A stretch of 64,000 bases of DNA from Acholeplasmataceae bacterium (GCA_963667565.1 OY763415.1:704001-768000), one strand, 5' to 3'. Numbered from the stretch's first letter, positions 10,245 to 20,855 are shown. Numbers and translations: made by a program. The notes: a model not told the origin generated them from the sequence alone.

Positions 10245-10943
10245 TTAACTTCTTCCAAAGCCTAACACACCAAATACAGAACCTGCAATAAAGAATATAT
10301 ACGCGATTAAATATAAGATGAGTGTAATCATTAAGTAGGTCGCACTTGCAAAGAAACTAATTGATGCAAATGCTGGTACACCAGCTGCAATAACTGCAAG
10401 TAATAAGAATATTGAACCTACTCTAAGTAATGTCACAGAGAATCTCTTAGGTTTCTTATTTGCAAATAATGCCCATAATAAGAACACTAGTGCTAAGACT
10501 GCCCCAGGTTGTACATATACTGAAGCATTGAGTGCTTGATCAATATATGAAGCAACATAACCTAAACTGTCATTGATAAATGCTGGTGCTGTTAGGACTG
10601 CCCCTGCAAATAATGATGTTGAATTTGCAATGGCTTGTGCATAGACAAAGACTAATAATACTGAGATTAATAATCTCAAGATTAATCCCTTTCTAAGGGC
10701 CCAAACTAAGAACAATAATCCAACAATAAGTCCTAGGAATGCATATTCATATACAGGAAATCCTAATTGACTGATGATATCTGAAACCATTTGTGCATAA
10801 GGCTCAGCAAATGCAATGATACTATAAGATGTATTGGCTAACACTAATTCACTGACGATGATTAACGATGATGCTAGTAACAAAATGAATCCAAGTGTTC
10901 TAACAATTTTACCAAAAACCCCATTACTAACGCGATTTTTCAT
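10245..10943 (-). CDS. Hypothetical multi-pass membrane protein
   Basis: About 6 hydrophobic segments, no recognised motif; ATG start chosen over the upstream TTG. Confidence 0.75.
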   Translation of the reverse strand: MKNRVSNGVFGKIVRTLGFILLLASSLIIVSELVLANTSYSIIAFAEPYAQMVSDIISQLGFPVYEYAFLGLIVGLLFLVWALRKGLILRLLISVLLVFVYAQAIANSTSLFAGAVLTAPAFINDSLGYVASYIDQALNASVYVQPGAVLALVFLLWALFANKKPKRFSVTLLRVGSIFLLLAVIAAGVPAFASISFFASATYLMITLILYLIAYIFFIAGSVFGVLGFGRS

Positions 10944-11026
10944 AGATCCACCACTTTCCAAAATACTCTATTTTCTTTATATTTATTCTATCATATAAAG
11001 TGTGACATTATCAATTGATTTTTTAA

Positions 11027-12058
11027 TTAAATATCATTATTTACAGCTAAATCACCATCAACGATTAAATGTTGCTGTCTAAAGAGTAAATCAATGAAAT
11101 AAACGAGGATTGCACCACCGACAATCATAAAGATGACTGCAAGCCATGCATTAAGCGAGTAATTCATAGCTGATAGGGTACCTAATTGACCAACAAGTGC
11201 AGAACTTCCCATACCTGCACCAATAAATGTTGTTTGTGCATCAAGTGGTAATACAATGATAGGTGCTAATATCGCAGATGCGATGATTGTAGGTAACCAT
11301 ATGACTGGTTTTTTAAGAATATTTTTAAATTGTAACATAGATGTACCAAATGCAATCGATAAAACCATACCAATGTTATTATCTTTTCTTGATTGAATTG
11401 CAAAACCGATCATTTGAACGGTTGTACCTACTGCTGCTGCAGCACCTGCTAAACCATCAAGTTGAATGGCAATAGCGATAGCAGCAGATGATAGTGGTGA
11501 TGTGAGTAACATCCCCATAGCAACTGCTATTACGATAGACATTGGTAGCGGTGCAAATGCTGTTGCACTATCAATACCTATAGAGATTTCTTTTAATAAA
11601 TAACCTACTGGGCCACTAATCATTAAAGTTAAGACTAAAGCGACAAGCGAACCAACGATAGGAACTAAGACAATATCAACTGGTGTTTTCTTCACTAGGA
11701 CATATTTTAAGAACATGATCCCTAAAACGACAACTAAATATGTTGTTACTGGATCATTATTTGGTAATAAAACAAGTCCTGCACCAAATTGAAATTTAAA
11801 TGATGTTGCAATGCCACCCATGACTGAAGCAACGACCATTTTTAATCCATCCATCTTAAGACTTAAAGCGATACCGATACCAATACCGACACCCATTAAC
11901 CCTTTAAGAGCATTAGAAAGTGTTACAGAAATAAGTGAGATTTGCACGAGTGAACCGAGCTGACCAATAATCACACCAATGATGAGGGTTGCAAACAAAC
12001 CATAAACCATACCATTCATTGTTGTCATTACAAATTTTTTGAATCCCATGTTAAACAT
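11027..12058 (-). CDS. PTS EIIC_2-family (PfoR-like) membrane protein
   Basis: 'NGMVYGLFATLIIG', 'KKTPVDIVLVP', 'TSPLSSAAIA', 'FGTSMLQFKNI', 'GMGSSALVG'. Confidence 0.82.
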   Translation of the reverse strand: MFNMGFKKFVMTTMNGMVYGLFATLIIGVIIGQLGSLVQISLISVTLSNALKGLMGVGIGIGIALSLKMDGLKMVVASVMGGIATSFKFQFGAGLVLLPNNDPVTTYLVVVLGIMFLKYVLVKKTPVDIVLVPIVGSLVALVLTLMISGPVGYLLKEISIGIDSATAFAPLPMSIVIAVAMGMLLTSPLSSAAIAIAIQLDGLAGAAAAVGTTVQMIGFAIQSRKDNNIGMVLSIAFGTSMLQFKNILKKPVIWLPTIIASAILAPIIVLPLDAQTTFIGAGMGSSALVGQLGTLSAMNYSLNAWLAVIFMIVGGAILVYFIDLLFRQQHLIVDGDLAVNNDI

Positions 12059-12182
12059 GAAGCATCTTCCTTTCTATTTTCGCGACTTAAATCACGACCA
12101 TTATGATTTTATCATGTTTTTTAGCAACTGTTCACTATTTTTGATTGTTTTTATATATAATAGATATATACGAGGTGTTCAA

Positions 12183-12761
12183 ATGAGAAAAAATACCAAA
12201 AGCTATTTACGACAAATCTATCAATATGATGAGATGGATAAAACATATTTAATTGATGTTTCTTTAGACAATTATAAAGAAATTTTTAATGATTGGGATG
12301 CAGCACCTATTAAGAAAAAAGCGATGAATCCTGAATTAGAAACTTTTTTGGAAGATTCATCTTATGATTTACCTTTAAAACAAAAAGTTAAGATTGTCTT
12401 TGCTGTTCCAGAGCATATTAAAGATCAGCAAATTGAAATTCAACATATTGATGCATTTAAAAATTATTATCGTGCACTCATCCATTTTTTGAATCGTGAA
12501 ATGAATATCAATTACAGAAAAATCTTTATTTATATCTTTTTAGGGTTTTCATTAATTGTGACATCAACACTTCTTTCAAATGTCTCTTCAACCAGTCTTC
12601 TACTTGAAATATTAGCTCAAGGCATCTTCGTTGGAGGTTGGGTTTTATTATGGGAATCATTTTCACTTTTCTTTTTTGATATGTATGATCAAAGAGATAA
12701 GAAAAAAAGATATACAAGATTTATCAATAGCAAAATCATTTATCGTTACATTAAAAAATAA
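12183..12761 (+). CDS. Hypothetical protein with two C-terminal TM helices
   Basis: ATG after a GAGGTG RBS; 'IFNDWDAAP' and 'GGWVLLWE' look like conserved motifs. Confidence 0.75.
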   Translation: MRKNTKSYLRQIYQYDEMDKTYLIDVSLDNYKEIFNDWDAAPIKKKAMNPELETFLEDSSYDLPLKQKVKIVFAVPEHIKDQQIEIQHIDAFKNYYRALIHFLNREMNINYRKIFIYIFLGFSLIVTSTLLSNVSSTSLLLEILAQGIFVGGWVLLWESFSLFFFDMYDQRDKKKRYTRFINSKIIYRYIKK

Positions 12762-12772
12762 AGGAGATTATC

Positions 12773-13273
12773 ATGCAAGATAAAATACAAAAAACACAAG
12801 CCATGCTTGATACATTCGACGAACAGTTTAAAACAGTCATATTAAGCACATTAACTGAAGATCAAACACCATTTGCATCTTATGCACCTTATGTAAAATA
12901 CAATAATGATTATTACTTTATCATTAGCAAATTAGCACTTCATTATACAAATATGCTCAATCATCCAAAAGCAAGTATTATGTTTATTGCTGATGAATCA
13001 GCAACCAACTCAATGTTTTTTAGAAAAAGATTATCTTATATGGTTGATGTTGAATTAGAAATTGATGATGATGTAATTAAAAACTTATTTATTGAGAAAT
13101 TCGGTGCATTAGTTAAACAGTTATTGCAAATGGATTTTTTAATTGGTAAATGTCATCTAAGAAGTGGTCACTTCATCGTTGGACCTGCTGGTGCTTACGA
13201 AGTTGATGGAAATCAGAAAGTTGTGGAACTTATGACTGGAAATAAAGGTATGGGTCATCCAAATATGAAATAA
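12773..13273 (+). CDS. HugZ/HutZ-like pyridoxamine-5'-phosphate oxidase split-barrel protein
   Basis: 'PFASYAPY', 'ISKLALHYTN', 'SIMFIADE', 'FFRKRL', 'GPAGAY'. Confidence 0.8.
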   Translation: MQDKIQKTQAMLDTFDEQFKTVILSTLTEDQTPFASYAPYVKYNNDYYFIISKLALHYTNMLNHPKASIMFIADESATNSMFFRKRLSYMVDVELEIDDDVIKNLFIEKFGALVKQLLQMDFLIGKCHLRSGHFIVGPAGAYEVDGNQKVVELMTGNKGMGHPNMK

Positions 13274-13306
13274 AAAAATCCATCAAAACGATGGATTGTT
13301 TTTTTT
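13271..13306. terminator. Bidirectional terminator between the HugZ-like gene and the tRNA
   Basis: AATCCATC-aaaac-GATGGATT flanked by A and T runs. Confidence 0.8.
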
Positions 13307-13308
13307 AT

Positions 13309-13396
13309 TGGTCCCCGCAGCCGGGCTCGAACCAGCACGGATTATTCATCCACCAGATTTTGAGTCTGGCACGTCTACCAATTTCATCATGCGGGG
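13309..13396 (-). tRNA. tRNA-Leu(CAA), CCA encoded
   Basis: Acceptor CCCCGCA/TGCGGGG plus ACCA, D-loop TGGTAGAC, anticodon arm CCAGA-CTCAAAA-TCTGG, long variable arm, T-loop GGTTCGAG. Confidence 0.97.
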
Positions 13397-13419
13397 ATTA
13401 AATTGTTAATTGCTTCCAT

Positions 13420-13449
13420 ATTGTATCACAGTTCATATGTATTTTTCAA
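13420..13449 (-). promoter_or_regulatory. Sigma70/SigA-type promoter of tRNA-Leu
   Basis: TTGAAA-18nt-TACAAT with a TGn extended -10. Confidence 0.6.
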
Positions 13450-13567
13450 TATATATCTACTCAAATGATTTGTATTGTTCAAGTTAGTAGTTAACTGTCG
13501 ATTAATCATGAGGAGATTCTTTATATCATATGCTATAATATTTGTAAAAAGCATTTTAGGAGGATTT

Positions 13568-14296
13568 ATGTTTACCGCAAAACATATTGTTTTTCTCATT
13601 TTATCACTTGTCTATTTAGTTTTATTATTGATGCTAACAAAGAAAAAAAATGTTAAGTTTGCTATCAAATGGTTTTTAGTGATTGGAATTATTTCTGAAA
13701 CCATTAAAGTTTTTTACTACATCGTCACAAATGATAATGGTAACTATTTACCTGCCACAGACTTACCTTTTCATTTATGCTCAATTCAAATCATATTTTT
13801 ACTCATTTTAAAAATGAGTGAAAACGAGAAATTGAATAAATTGTTGTTAGCGTTTATGATTCCCACAGGTTTATATGGCGGCCTAGCAGCACTTCTCATC
13901 CCTACTTCTTCATCAATTAATGGTTATTTAATCTTATCCATTCAATATTTCTTTTATCATGCAACACTTATGGCTTTTTCAATTCATATTATGAGACAAA
14001 AAGAAATTGTATTTGGTGTTAAAGATGTCTTTAATGTATTAAAGTTTTTAGCACTTATAGGTTTTATTGCTATTTATGTAAATGCTATTTTAGGATCAGA
14101 TACAAATGTTAATTTTATGTATGTGGTCAGACCTCCAATGAGCGGACTTCCTTATTTGAATTTAAATCAAGGATATATCATGTATATGCTTAAATATGCA
14201 ATTTTAGTAGTCGTGATGGTATTACTCACATATTATAAAGTTTTCATCAATGCATTAAAACTACATCTAGTTAAATTAAAAAGTGCTTCGCAATAG
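13568..14296 (+). CDS. YwaF/TMEM164-family integral membrane protein
   Basis: 'DLPFHLCS', 'FFYH', 'NVNFMYV'; ATG after an AGGAGG RBS. Confidence 0.82.
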   Translation: MFTAKHIVFLILSLVYLVLLLMLTKKKNVKFAIKWFLVIGIISETIKVFYYIVTNDNGNYLPATDLPFHLCSIQIIFLLILKMSENEKLNKLLLAFMIPTGLYGGLAALLIPTSSSINGYLILSIQYFFYHATLMAFSIHIMRQKEIVFGVKDVFNVLKFLALIGFIAIYVNAILGSDTNVNFMYVVRPPMSGLPYLNLNQGYIMYMLKYAILVVVMVLLTYYKVFINALKLHLVKLKSASQ

Positions 14297-14312
14297 CAAA
14301 GCACTTTTTTTT
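14278..14312. terminator. Bidirectional terminator
   Basis: AAAAAGTGCTT...AAGCACTTTTT between convergent genes. Confidence 0.75.
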
Positions 14313-15968
14313 CTACATTTCTTTTAGTGATTGAATACCTAATAAAGCGATGCATTCATTAATCACATGTTGTATCGTTTTAATGAAATATAAATTAGAA
14401 TTTAGAATATCAATTTCATCAACGATAACTCTTTGCTGTCCATAAAAACTGTTAAAAGCTTGTGCGAGTGAAATTGCATATTTTGCAATCACAGAAGGTG
14501 CATTTGTTTCTTTAGCTCTTAAGATTTGAGATGGATATTGATCTAGGAGTTTAATCACATCAAAATAATGATTTTCTTCATAAACTTTAGGATTTATTTG
14601 ACTCAAATCAATATGTTTGTCTTTGATAATTGACTCAATTCTAACACTACTATATTGCAGATATGGTCCTGTTTGACCTTCAAATTTAAGCATATTTGCT
14701 AAATTGAAATCAACATTTAAGTGTCTCTCGTTTTTTAAATCATTAAAGATGATTGCACCTATACCCACTGCTTTTGCGACTTCATCTTTATGATCTAATT
14801 TAGGATTTTTTTCAATGATTGCATCTTTAGCATCACTAATGGCTTGCTTAATCACATCTTCTAAACGTTTTGCATTACCACCGCGTGTACTCATTTTTTT
14901 ACCATCAAGCATGACAAGTCCAAAATTGACATGTTCGATTTCTACTGGATATCCAAGTAATTCTTTAACCGCATTTAATTGTTTGAAATGAAGTTGTTGT
15001 TCATTTCCTACAACATATAAGATCTTCTTAGCACCATATGTTAAATATCGATATTTAATCGCTGCTAAATCTCTTGTAATATAAAGTGTTGCTCCATCAG
15101 AACGTTTAATGAGTGCTGGTGGCATATCATCACCTAATTCGACAATGGTAGCACCTTCATCAATTTTAAGTAATCCTTTTTGATCTAACTCATCAACGAT
15201 TTCATCCATTTTATCATTATAAAAAGCTTCACCATTATATGAATCAAATGACACATTAAGCATTTCATACATTTGCATAAATTCTTCTAATGATAAATCT
15301 CTAAAAATTTGCCATAACTTAAGGTAATCTTGATCACCATTTTCAAGTGCTTTAAATACTTTTCTTGCTTCTTCTTCTAATTCAGGATGAAGTTTGACTT
15401 CATCATGAAATCCAACATATAAATCCTGCAATTTTTTAATTGGATCAACACTCAAATCAAGTGGTTCTGTTAGTCTTTCATAAGCAACAATCATTTTGCC
15501 AAATTGAGTACCCCAATCACCTAAGTGATTAATACCGACCACATGATAACCTGCAGTTTGATAAATATTTTTAAGTGCATTTCCAATCATCGTCGATCTT
15601 AAATGTCCTACTGAAAAGCTTTTTGCTATGTTTGGTGATGAATAATCAATACAAATCGTTTCATGCACATCTTCAAAATGTTTATCTAAATTAAGCTCTT
15701 CAAGCACTTTTTTTGCATATGTTGCTCTTTTTAAAAATATATTTAAGAATCCATTGATAAATTCAATGTGATCAATTTCATCATACATTAAATCCTCTTT
15801 GACTTGTTCAAAAATAACAAGTGGAGATTTTTTCCATGACTTAGCAAGACCAAATAAAGGAATGGCAAGATCTGCTAAACCATTTTTAGGTGATTCAACA
15901 ACAAAGGATTCACCTTGATATTTAGTTTCTAAATCCTGTTTTATGGTTTGTTTTAATAAATCAATCAT
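14313..15968 (-). CDS. argS: Arginine--tRNA ligase
   Basis: 'DYSSPNIAK..SVGH', 'NHLGDWGTQFG', 'KMSTR', 'GPYLQYS'. Start at the ATG after AAGGAG. Confidence 0.97.
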   Translation of the reverse strand: MIDLLKQTIKQDLETKYQGESFVVESPKNGLADLAIPLFGLAKSWKKSPLVIFEQVKEDLMYDEIDHIEFINGFLNIFLKRATYAKKVLEELNLDKHFEDVHETICIDYSSPNIAKSFSVGHLRSTMIGNALKNIYQTAGYHVVGINHLGDWGTQFGKMIVAYERLTEPLDLSVDPIKKLQDLYVGFHDEVKLHPELEEEARKVFKALENGDQDYLKLWQIFRDLSLEEFMQMYEMLNVSFDSYNGEAFYNDKMDEIVDELDQKGLLKIDEGATIVELGDDMPPALIKRSDGATLYITRDLAAIKYRYLTYGAKKILYVVGNEQQLHFKQLNAVKELLGYPVEIEHVNFGLVMLDGKKMSTRGGNAKRLEDVIKQAISDAKDAIIEKNPKLDHKDEVAKAVGIGAIIFNDLKNERHLNVDFNLANMLKFEGQTGPYLQYSSVRIESIIKDKHIDLSQINPKVYEENHYFDVIKLLDQYPSQILRAKETNAPSVIAKYAISLAQAFNSFYGQQRVIVDEIDILNSNLYFIKTIQHVINECIALLGIQSLKEM

Positions 15969-15987
15969 AGATTGCTCCTTTATGTTA

Positions 15988-16011
15988 AAAAAAAGCACAA
16001 AGTGCTTTTTA
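15988..16011 (-). terminator. Terminator-like hairpin directly upstream of the argS RBS
   Basis: Minus strand AAAAGCAC-TTT-GTGCTTTT followed by further Ts. Confidence 0.6.
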
Positions 16012-16018
16012 TCGTGTT

Positions 16019-16579
16019 TTATTCAGCAGTATAAGTGTTAATTGCAGCAATAGCATCATCAAAGAAATACTTAGCAGCTCTATTAACTAATTGCGTATCA
16101 CTTGTACCTTGTGAAACAAATGTTGCTTGCACTTCACCATTAATAAAGAATAACATTTGTGTTGAAAGTGTTGAAACTTCATAAACATCTTCTTGTAATT
16201 GATAGAAATTATCATCATCACCTGTTGGATTATAATAATAAATATGATCAACATATTGTGAAACATTTAATTCTTCATAATACTTTTGAAAAGCACCAAT
16301 ATAAGTTTGTGATGTTGAATTATCTGGACTTCCAATAAACACAAATAAATATTCGTCATTTTCAATCTTATCAACTAATTGTTTATAACTAATTTCATAA
16401 TAAGGATGATCCTCTGTGAAATCACTGTTTGCATTCGCGCTAAATTCATTATATAGTTTTTCTTGTCTTGATGGAATTGTGAGTAAAAACAACACAATCG
16501 CAATAACAACAATTCCGATTAATGTATATAAAACTTCTTTTGGTACTCTAGGTTCTAATTTATTATATTTATCTGCCAT
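16019..16579 (-). CDS. Membrane-anchored protein with a probable thioredoxin-like fold lacking CxxC
   Basis: One N-terminal TM, 'YEISY..L...I....YLFVFIGSPD', 'MLFFINGE'; ATG after AGGAGG. Confidence 0.6.
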   Translation of the reverse strand: MADKYNKLEPRVPKEVLYTLIGIVVIAIVLFLLTIPSRQEKLYNEFSANANSDFTEDHPYYEISYKQLVDKIENDEYLFVFIGSPDNSTSQTYIGAFQKYYEELNVSQYVDHIYYYNPTGDDDNFYQLQEDVYEVSTLSTQMLFFINGEVQATFVSQGTSDTQLVNRAAKYFFDDAIAAINTYTAE

Positions 16580-16672
16580 GATAAACCTCCTGAATAGACT
16601 CTTATAGATTATAGCATAAATATAAATGATTATCAATTAAGAATTGATATAAATATATCACTTTTTTACTTT

Positions 16673-17950
16673 TCATTCAAAAATACGTATATATATATCA
16701 TCGACGTATCTTAAATAATATTTTAAGTTTAATTTGCTTTTATCTAATGCTTTGTTATATCTTTCATCATTTTCTAAGATTTCTAAAAATTGCTTTTTCT
16801 CACTTACTGCTTTTAAAGAGATACTTTGAATGATTGGATATGTTTCATCTCTGTCAAATCCTTGATCAATGAGCATATGCAAAACATTTTGAGCATAAAA
16901 GATACCTGATGATAAATTAATGTTTTCAATCATCTTATCTTCATATACCACCAAGTCTTTTAAAGTATTTTTATATCTTGTAAGCATATAGTCAACAAGC
17001 GAAGTTGAATCAACTAATGTAATTCTTTCAACAGATGAATGAGAAATGTCTCTTTCATGCCATAAAGCTATCGATTCAAATTCAGCAATCATATAACCTC
17101 TTAACAATCTAGATAGTCCAGAAATGTTTTCACTACTGATCGGATTTTTCTTGTGTGGCATCGCTGATGATCCTCTTTGTTTTTTAGCAAAGGGTTCACT
17201 GACCTCTTGAACTTCAGTTCTTGATAGATGTCTAATCTCAATTGCGATTTTTTCAAGTTCTGCTCCAATTTGTGCCAGTACAGATAAGTAATTAGCGTGT
17301 CTATCACGTTGCAATGTTTGTGTTGAAATCACAGCACTTTTAAGCTCAAGTTTTGATGAGACTAAACGCTCTAATTTTGGCGTATTTGCACTATAATTAC
17401 CAACAGCACCACTTATCTTACATACTTCGACATCTCTGGCTGCTTCATCAAAACGATGAAGTAATCTTTTCATATCTTCATACCACAATGCAAACTTAAG
17501 ACCAAAACTCGTCACTTCAGCATGCATGCCATGAGTTCTACCCATAATCGGTGTATCTTTATAAAGAAATGCTTTTTCTTTTAAAACTTCCATGAATTCT
17601 AATAGATCATCTCTAATAATTAAATTAGCATCTCTTAATAATAAACCATACGCACTGTCAACAACATCTGTTGATGTAAGCCCATAATGGATATATTTTT
17701 TTTCATGTTCTAGTGAATCCATCACTGATTTCGTAAATGCAATAACATCATGTTTTGTTTCAATCTCATAAGTTTCAATTGATTTTAAATCAAAAGTCGC
17801 TTTTTCTATTTTCTGATAAGTCTCTAAATCAAATAAACCAAGCTGATACCATGCATATGAAGCAGCTTTTTCAATCAAAAGATATTGTTTAAATTTATGC
17901 TCATCACTCCAAAGTTTTTTCATCACATCACGTTGGTAACGTTCAATCAT
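16673..17950 (-). CDS. purB: Adenylosuccinate lyase
   Basis: 'HYGLTSTDV', 'GRTHG', 'GSSAMPHKKNP', 'WHERDISHS'. Confidence 0.97.
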   Translation of the reverse strand: MIERYQRDVMKKLWSDEHKFKQYLLIEKAASYAWYQLGLFDLETYQKIEKATFDLKSIETYEIETKHDVIAFTKSVMDSLEHEKKYIHYGLTSTDVVDSAYGLLLRDANLIIRDDLLEFMEVLKEKAFLYKDTPIMGRTHGMHAEVTSFGLKFALWYEDMKRLLHRFDEAARDVEVCKISGAVGNYSANTPKLERLVSSKLELKSAVISTQTLQRDRHANYLSVLAQIGAELEKIAIEIRHLSRTEVQEVSEPFAKKQRGSSAMPHKKNPISSENISGLSRLLRGYMIAEFESIALWHERDISHSSVERITLVDSTSLVDYMLTRYKNTLKDLVVYEDKMIENINLSSGIFYAQNVLHMLIDQGFDRDETYPIIQSISLKAVSEKKQFLEILENDERYNKALDKSKLNLKYYLRYVDDIYIRIFE

Positions 17951-17968
17951 GATATCATCCTTTCATTT

Positions 17969-19237
17969 TTAAAATACATTTAAGATTTCAACTGTTTGAT
18001 TTCGATCTGGTCCAACAGAGAACATTGCAATCTTCACACCGACAAGTTCGCTTAATGTGTTCAAATAAATTTGTGCATTAACCGGAAGATCTTCAAAAGA
18101 TGTCACTTGTGTGATATCTTCATCCCATCCATCAAGTTCTATGTATACTGGCTTGCAACGCTTATTGGTTTCAATATCAGCAGGCACATAATCAATGATG
18201 TCACCATCAAGTTCATAGTGAGTCACAATCTTTAATGTCTTAACAGTTGAAAGTACATCAAGTAATGTAATCGCTAAATAACTTAGCCCACTCACGCGTT
18301 TTGCGTGTCTCAAAACGACTGTATCAAGCCAACCAATGCGTCTTGGACGTTTTGTTGTTGTCCCATATTCATGCCCTCTTTCTCTGATTTCAGATGCGAG
18401 TTCATCAAATATTTCACTTGGAAATACACCTTCACCGACACGTGTTGTATAAGCTTTAGTTACACCAATAGAACCTTCTAATAACCATGGTGCTATACCT
18501 GTATTTACAGGTACAGAAGCTGCTGTTGGACTACTTGAAGTTACATAAGGATATGTACCATGTTCTATACATAACATAACACCTTGTGCCCCTTCAAATA
18601 AAACCTTTTTATCATCTTCAATGAGTTGATTCAATAATACACTTGTGTCAGTCACTAAAGGTCTTAACACATCAGCATACATCATAAATTCACAAATGAG
18701 TTGTTCAACATCAACTGTAGAAAATCCTGCTGATTTGAGAATTTCATTTTTTTCAGCGAGTTCTCTTTTTAAGTATGCCTGAAATAGTTCTTTATTGACA
18801 AACTCTGACATACGCAAACCAACTCTAGCATATTTATCTGTATAGGCTGGACCTATACCTTTATGGGTTGTTCCTATTTTTTGATCTAATTTTTTATTCT
18901 CATTGATTTGATCAATGATTTTATGAAATGGTAATACAACATGTGCACGATTAGAGACAAATAATTGATATTTATTTGTTATCTTTGATAATTCTTCAAC
19001 AAATCCCTTTGGATCAATGACCATACCATTTGCCATAACATTGATAATATTAGGATTTAGAATCCCAGATGGTAATAAATGAAGACTGTGCTTTCTTCCA
19101 TCAAATATGACAGTGTGTCCTGCGTTGTTTCCACCTTGATATCTAACGACCACATCGGCTTTCTGAGCTAAATAATCGGTAATTTTTCCTTTACCTTCAT
19201 CGCCCCATTGACTTCCTACAATCACAATTCTTTTCAT
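17969..19237 (-). CDS. purA: Adenylosuccinate synthetase
   Basis: 'QWGDEGKGK', 'GGNNAGHT', 'EGAQG', 'GTYPYVTSS', 'RPRRIGWLD'. Confidence 0.98.
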   Translation of the reverse strand: MKRIVIVGSQWGDEGKGKITDYLAQKADVVVRYQGGNNAGHTVIFDGRKHSLHLLPSGILNPNIINVMANGMVIDPKGFVEELSKITNKYQLFVSNRAHVVLPFHKIIDQINENKKLDQKIGTTHKGIGPAYTDKYARVGLRMSEFVNKELFQAYLKRELAEKNEILKSAGFSTVDVEQLICEFMMYADVLRPLVTDTSVLLNQLIEDDKKVLFEGAQGVMLCIEHGTYPYVTSSSPTAASVPVNTGIAPWLLEGSIGVTKAYTTRVGEGVFPSEIFDELASEIRERGHEYGTTTKRPRRIGWLDTVVLRHAKRVSGLSYLAITLLDVLSTVKTLKIVTHYELDGDIIDYVPADIETNKRCKPVYIELDGWDEDITQVTSFEDLPVNAQIYLNTLSELVGVKIAMFSVGPDRNQTVEILNVF

Positions 19238-19377
19238 ATGTACCTCTTTGCTATGTTTTTATCTATAAAAACAAAAATGGCTTTAGCCAAGTTGATTTTA
19301 GCATAGTTATTTATTTTAGTCAATTTAATATAAAATATCTAACATGAATTATTATTCACCTTTTTATTGTTACACTC

Positions 19378-19406
19378 TTGTGAAACGCTTACAAGTTATG
19401 TATAAT
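19378..19406 (+). promoter_or_regulatory. glgA promoter overlapped by a cre/LacI-type operator
   Basis: TTGTGA-17nt-TATAAT. The reverse strand reads TGTAAGCGTTTCACA, close to the cre consensus TGWAANCGNTNWCA. Confidence 0.6.
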
Positions 19407-19424
19407 GAAGTTGGGTGATGAAAT

Positions 19425-20855
19425 TTGAAAATATATTATTGTAGTTCTGAAGCTTATCCATTTAGTAAAACTGGTGGGTTAGCAGATGTTGCAGCTGCTC
19501 TTCCAAAAACACTCAATGCGCGTGGACACCAAGTTCATATTTTGATTCCTTTATATAAACAAAATCTAAATCAACTCTATGATTTCACATTTATTAAACA
19601 ACATACTTTTATGATAAATAATGCATCTTATGATGTAGAGTATTATCAAACTACTTTTGATGATACTACCTATATTCTAATTAGAAACGATCAATTCTTT
19701 GATCGTCAAAAACTATATGGGTATGAAGATGATGATTTAAGATTCGCATTTTTTAATTATGCAATCTTAGAATTCATTAGAACAAATGATCAAATGATTG
19801 ATATAATTCATATCAACGATTGGCAAACTTCACTCATCCCTTTTTTAATTGATACAACTTATAAAAAACTAGATCCTAAATTTGATACAATTAAAACCTT
19901 ATTAACGATTCATAATTTAGAAAAGCAAGGATCATTTTCATTAGAAACAGAAAAATATTTAGGTCATAAAAATTTTACTTACATGCATCAAGATCAAGTC
20001 AATTTTTTAAAAACAGGTATTATGAGAGCAAACGCGATTAATACAGTAAGTGAATCTTACAAAAATGAAATATTAACTCGATTTTATGGTTTCAATTTAC
20101 AAGGGCCTTTAAAATCGAGACAATATCAGCTTTATGGCATATTAAATGGCTTTGATGAGTCATTATATAACCCTTTAACAAGCTCTCATCTATATAAGAA
20201 TTATGATGAAAATTCATTTCTAAATGCAAAAAAAGTCAATAAAGAAAAATTATTGGAAAAACTTGGATTCAAACCTGATTTAAACAAACCCATGATTGCT
20301 TTTATCAATCGTTTTGCAAGACAAAAAGGTATTGATATCTTAATGCAAATCATCGAAAAGCATTTAAAGAATGAAGAATGTTACTTAATCATTTTAGGAC
20401 AAGGTGATACACTATATGAATCTTATTTTGAAGAATTAGCACATAAATATCCAAATCTTGTCTATGATCAAAATTCATTTGATTTAGATCTATCACAAAA
20501 AGTTTATGCAGCCAGTGATTTATTTCTACTTCCATCACTTTTTGAGCCTTGTGGCCTCAATCACATGATTGCGATGAAATTTGGCACACTGCCAATTGTT
20601 AGAGAAACAGGTGGTTTAAAAGATACTGTAACACCTTATAACAAATTCACAGGTATTGGTGTAGGATTTACTTTTAAAAACAATGATGCAAGTGAATTAT
20701 CTGAGACACTATCAACCGCTTTTGACTTGTATCATCATCACAGAGATGCATTCAATGAAATGATTCATCTCGCCATGCATGTTCATCATTCCATGGATAA
20801 GATGGCATCTCAATATGAATCTCTTTACTTAAAACTCATTCAAAATGAAATATAA
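19425..20855 (+). CDS. glgA: Glycogen/starch synthase (GT5)
   Basis: 'KTGGLADV', 'HINDWQT', 'TIHNL', 'PSLFEPCGL', 'RETGGLKDTV'. Confidence 0.95.
   Translation: MKIYYCSSEAYPFSKTGGLADVAAALPKTLNARGHQVHILIPLYKQNLNQLYDFTFIKQHTFMINNASYDVEYYQTTFDDTTYILIRNDQFFDRQKLYGYEDDDLRFAFFNYAILEFIRTNDQMIDIIHINDWQTSLIPFLIDTTYKKLDPKFDTIKTLLTIHNLEKQGSFSLETEKYLGHKNFTYMHQDQVNFLKTGIMRANAINTVSESYKNEILTRFYGFNLQGPLKSRQYQLYGILNGFDESLYNPLTSSHLYKNYDENSFLNAKKVNKEKLLEKLGFKPDLNKPMIAFINRFARQKGIDILMQIIEKHLKNEECYLIILGQGDTLYESYFEELAHKYPNLVYDQNSFDLDLSQKVYAASDLFLLPSLFEPCGLNHMIAMKFGTLPIVRETGGLKDTVTPYNKFTGIGVGFTFKNNDASELSETLSTAFDLYHHHRDAFNEMIHLAMHVHHSMDKMASQYESLYLKLIQNEI

Noticed and set aside
13261..13560. Integrative element or prophage at tRNA-Leu
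   Set aside because: No integrase nearby and no duplicated tRNA 3' end noticed in the window.
15969..16018. T-box leader for argS
   Set aside because: The intergenic space is only about 50 nt and has no GGTGGNACCGCG T-box sequence.
19238..19330. Purine riboswitch or attenuator upstream of purA
   Set aside because: No purine aptamer consensus; only a 4-5 bp TGGCT/AGCCA hairpin before a T-run, too weak to call.
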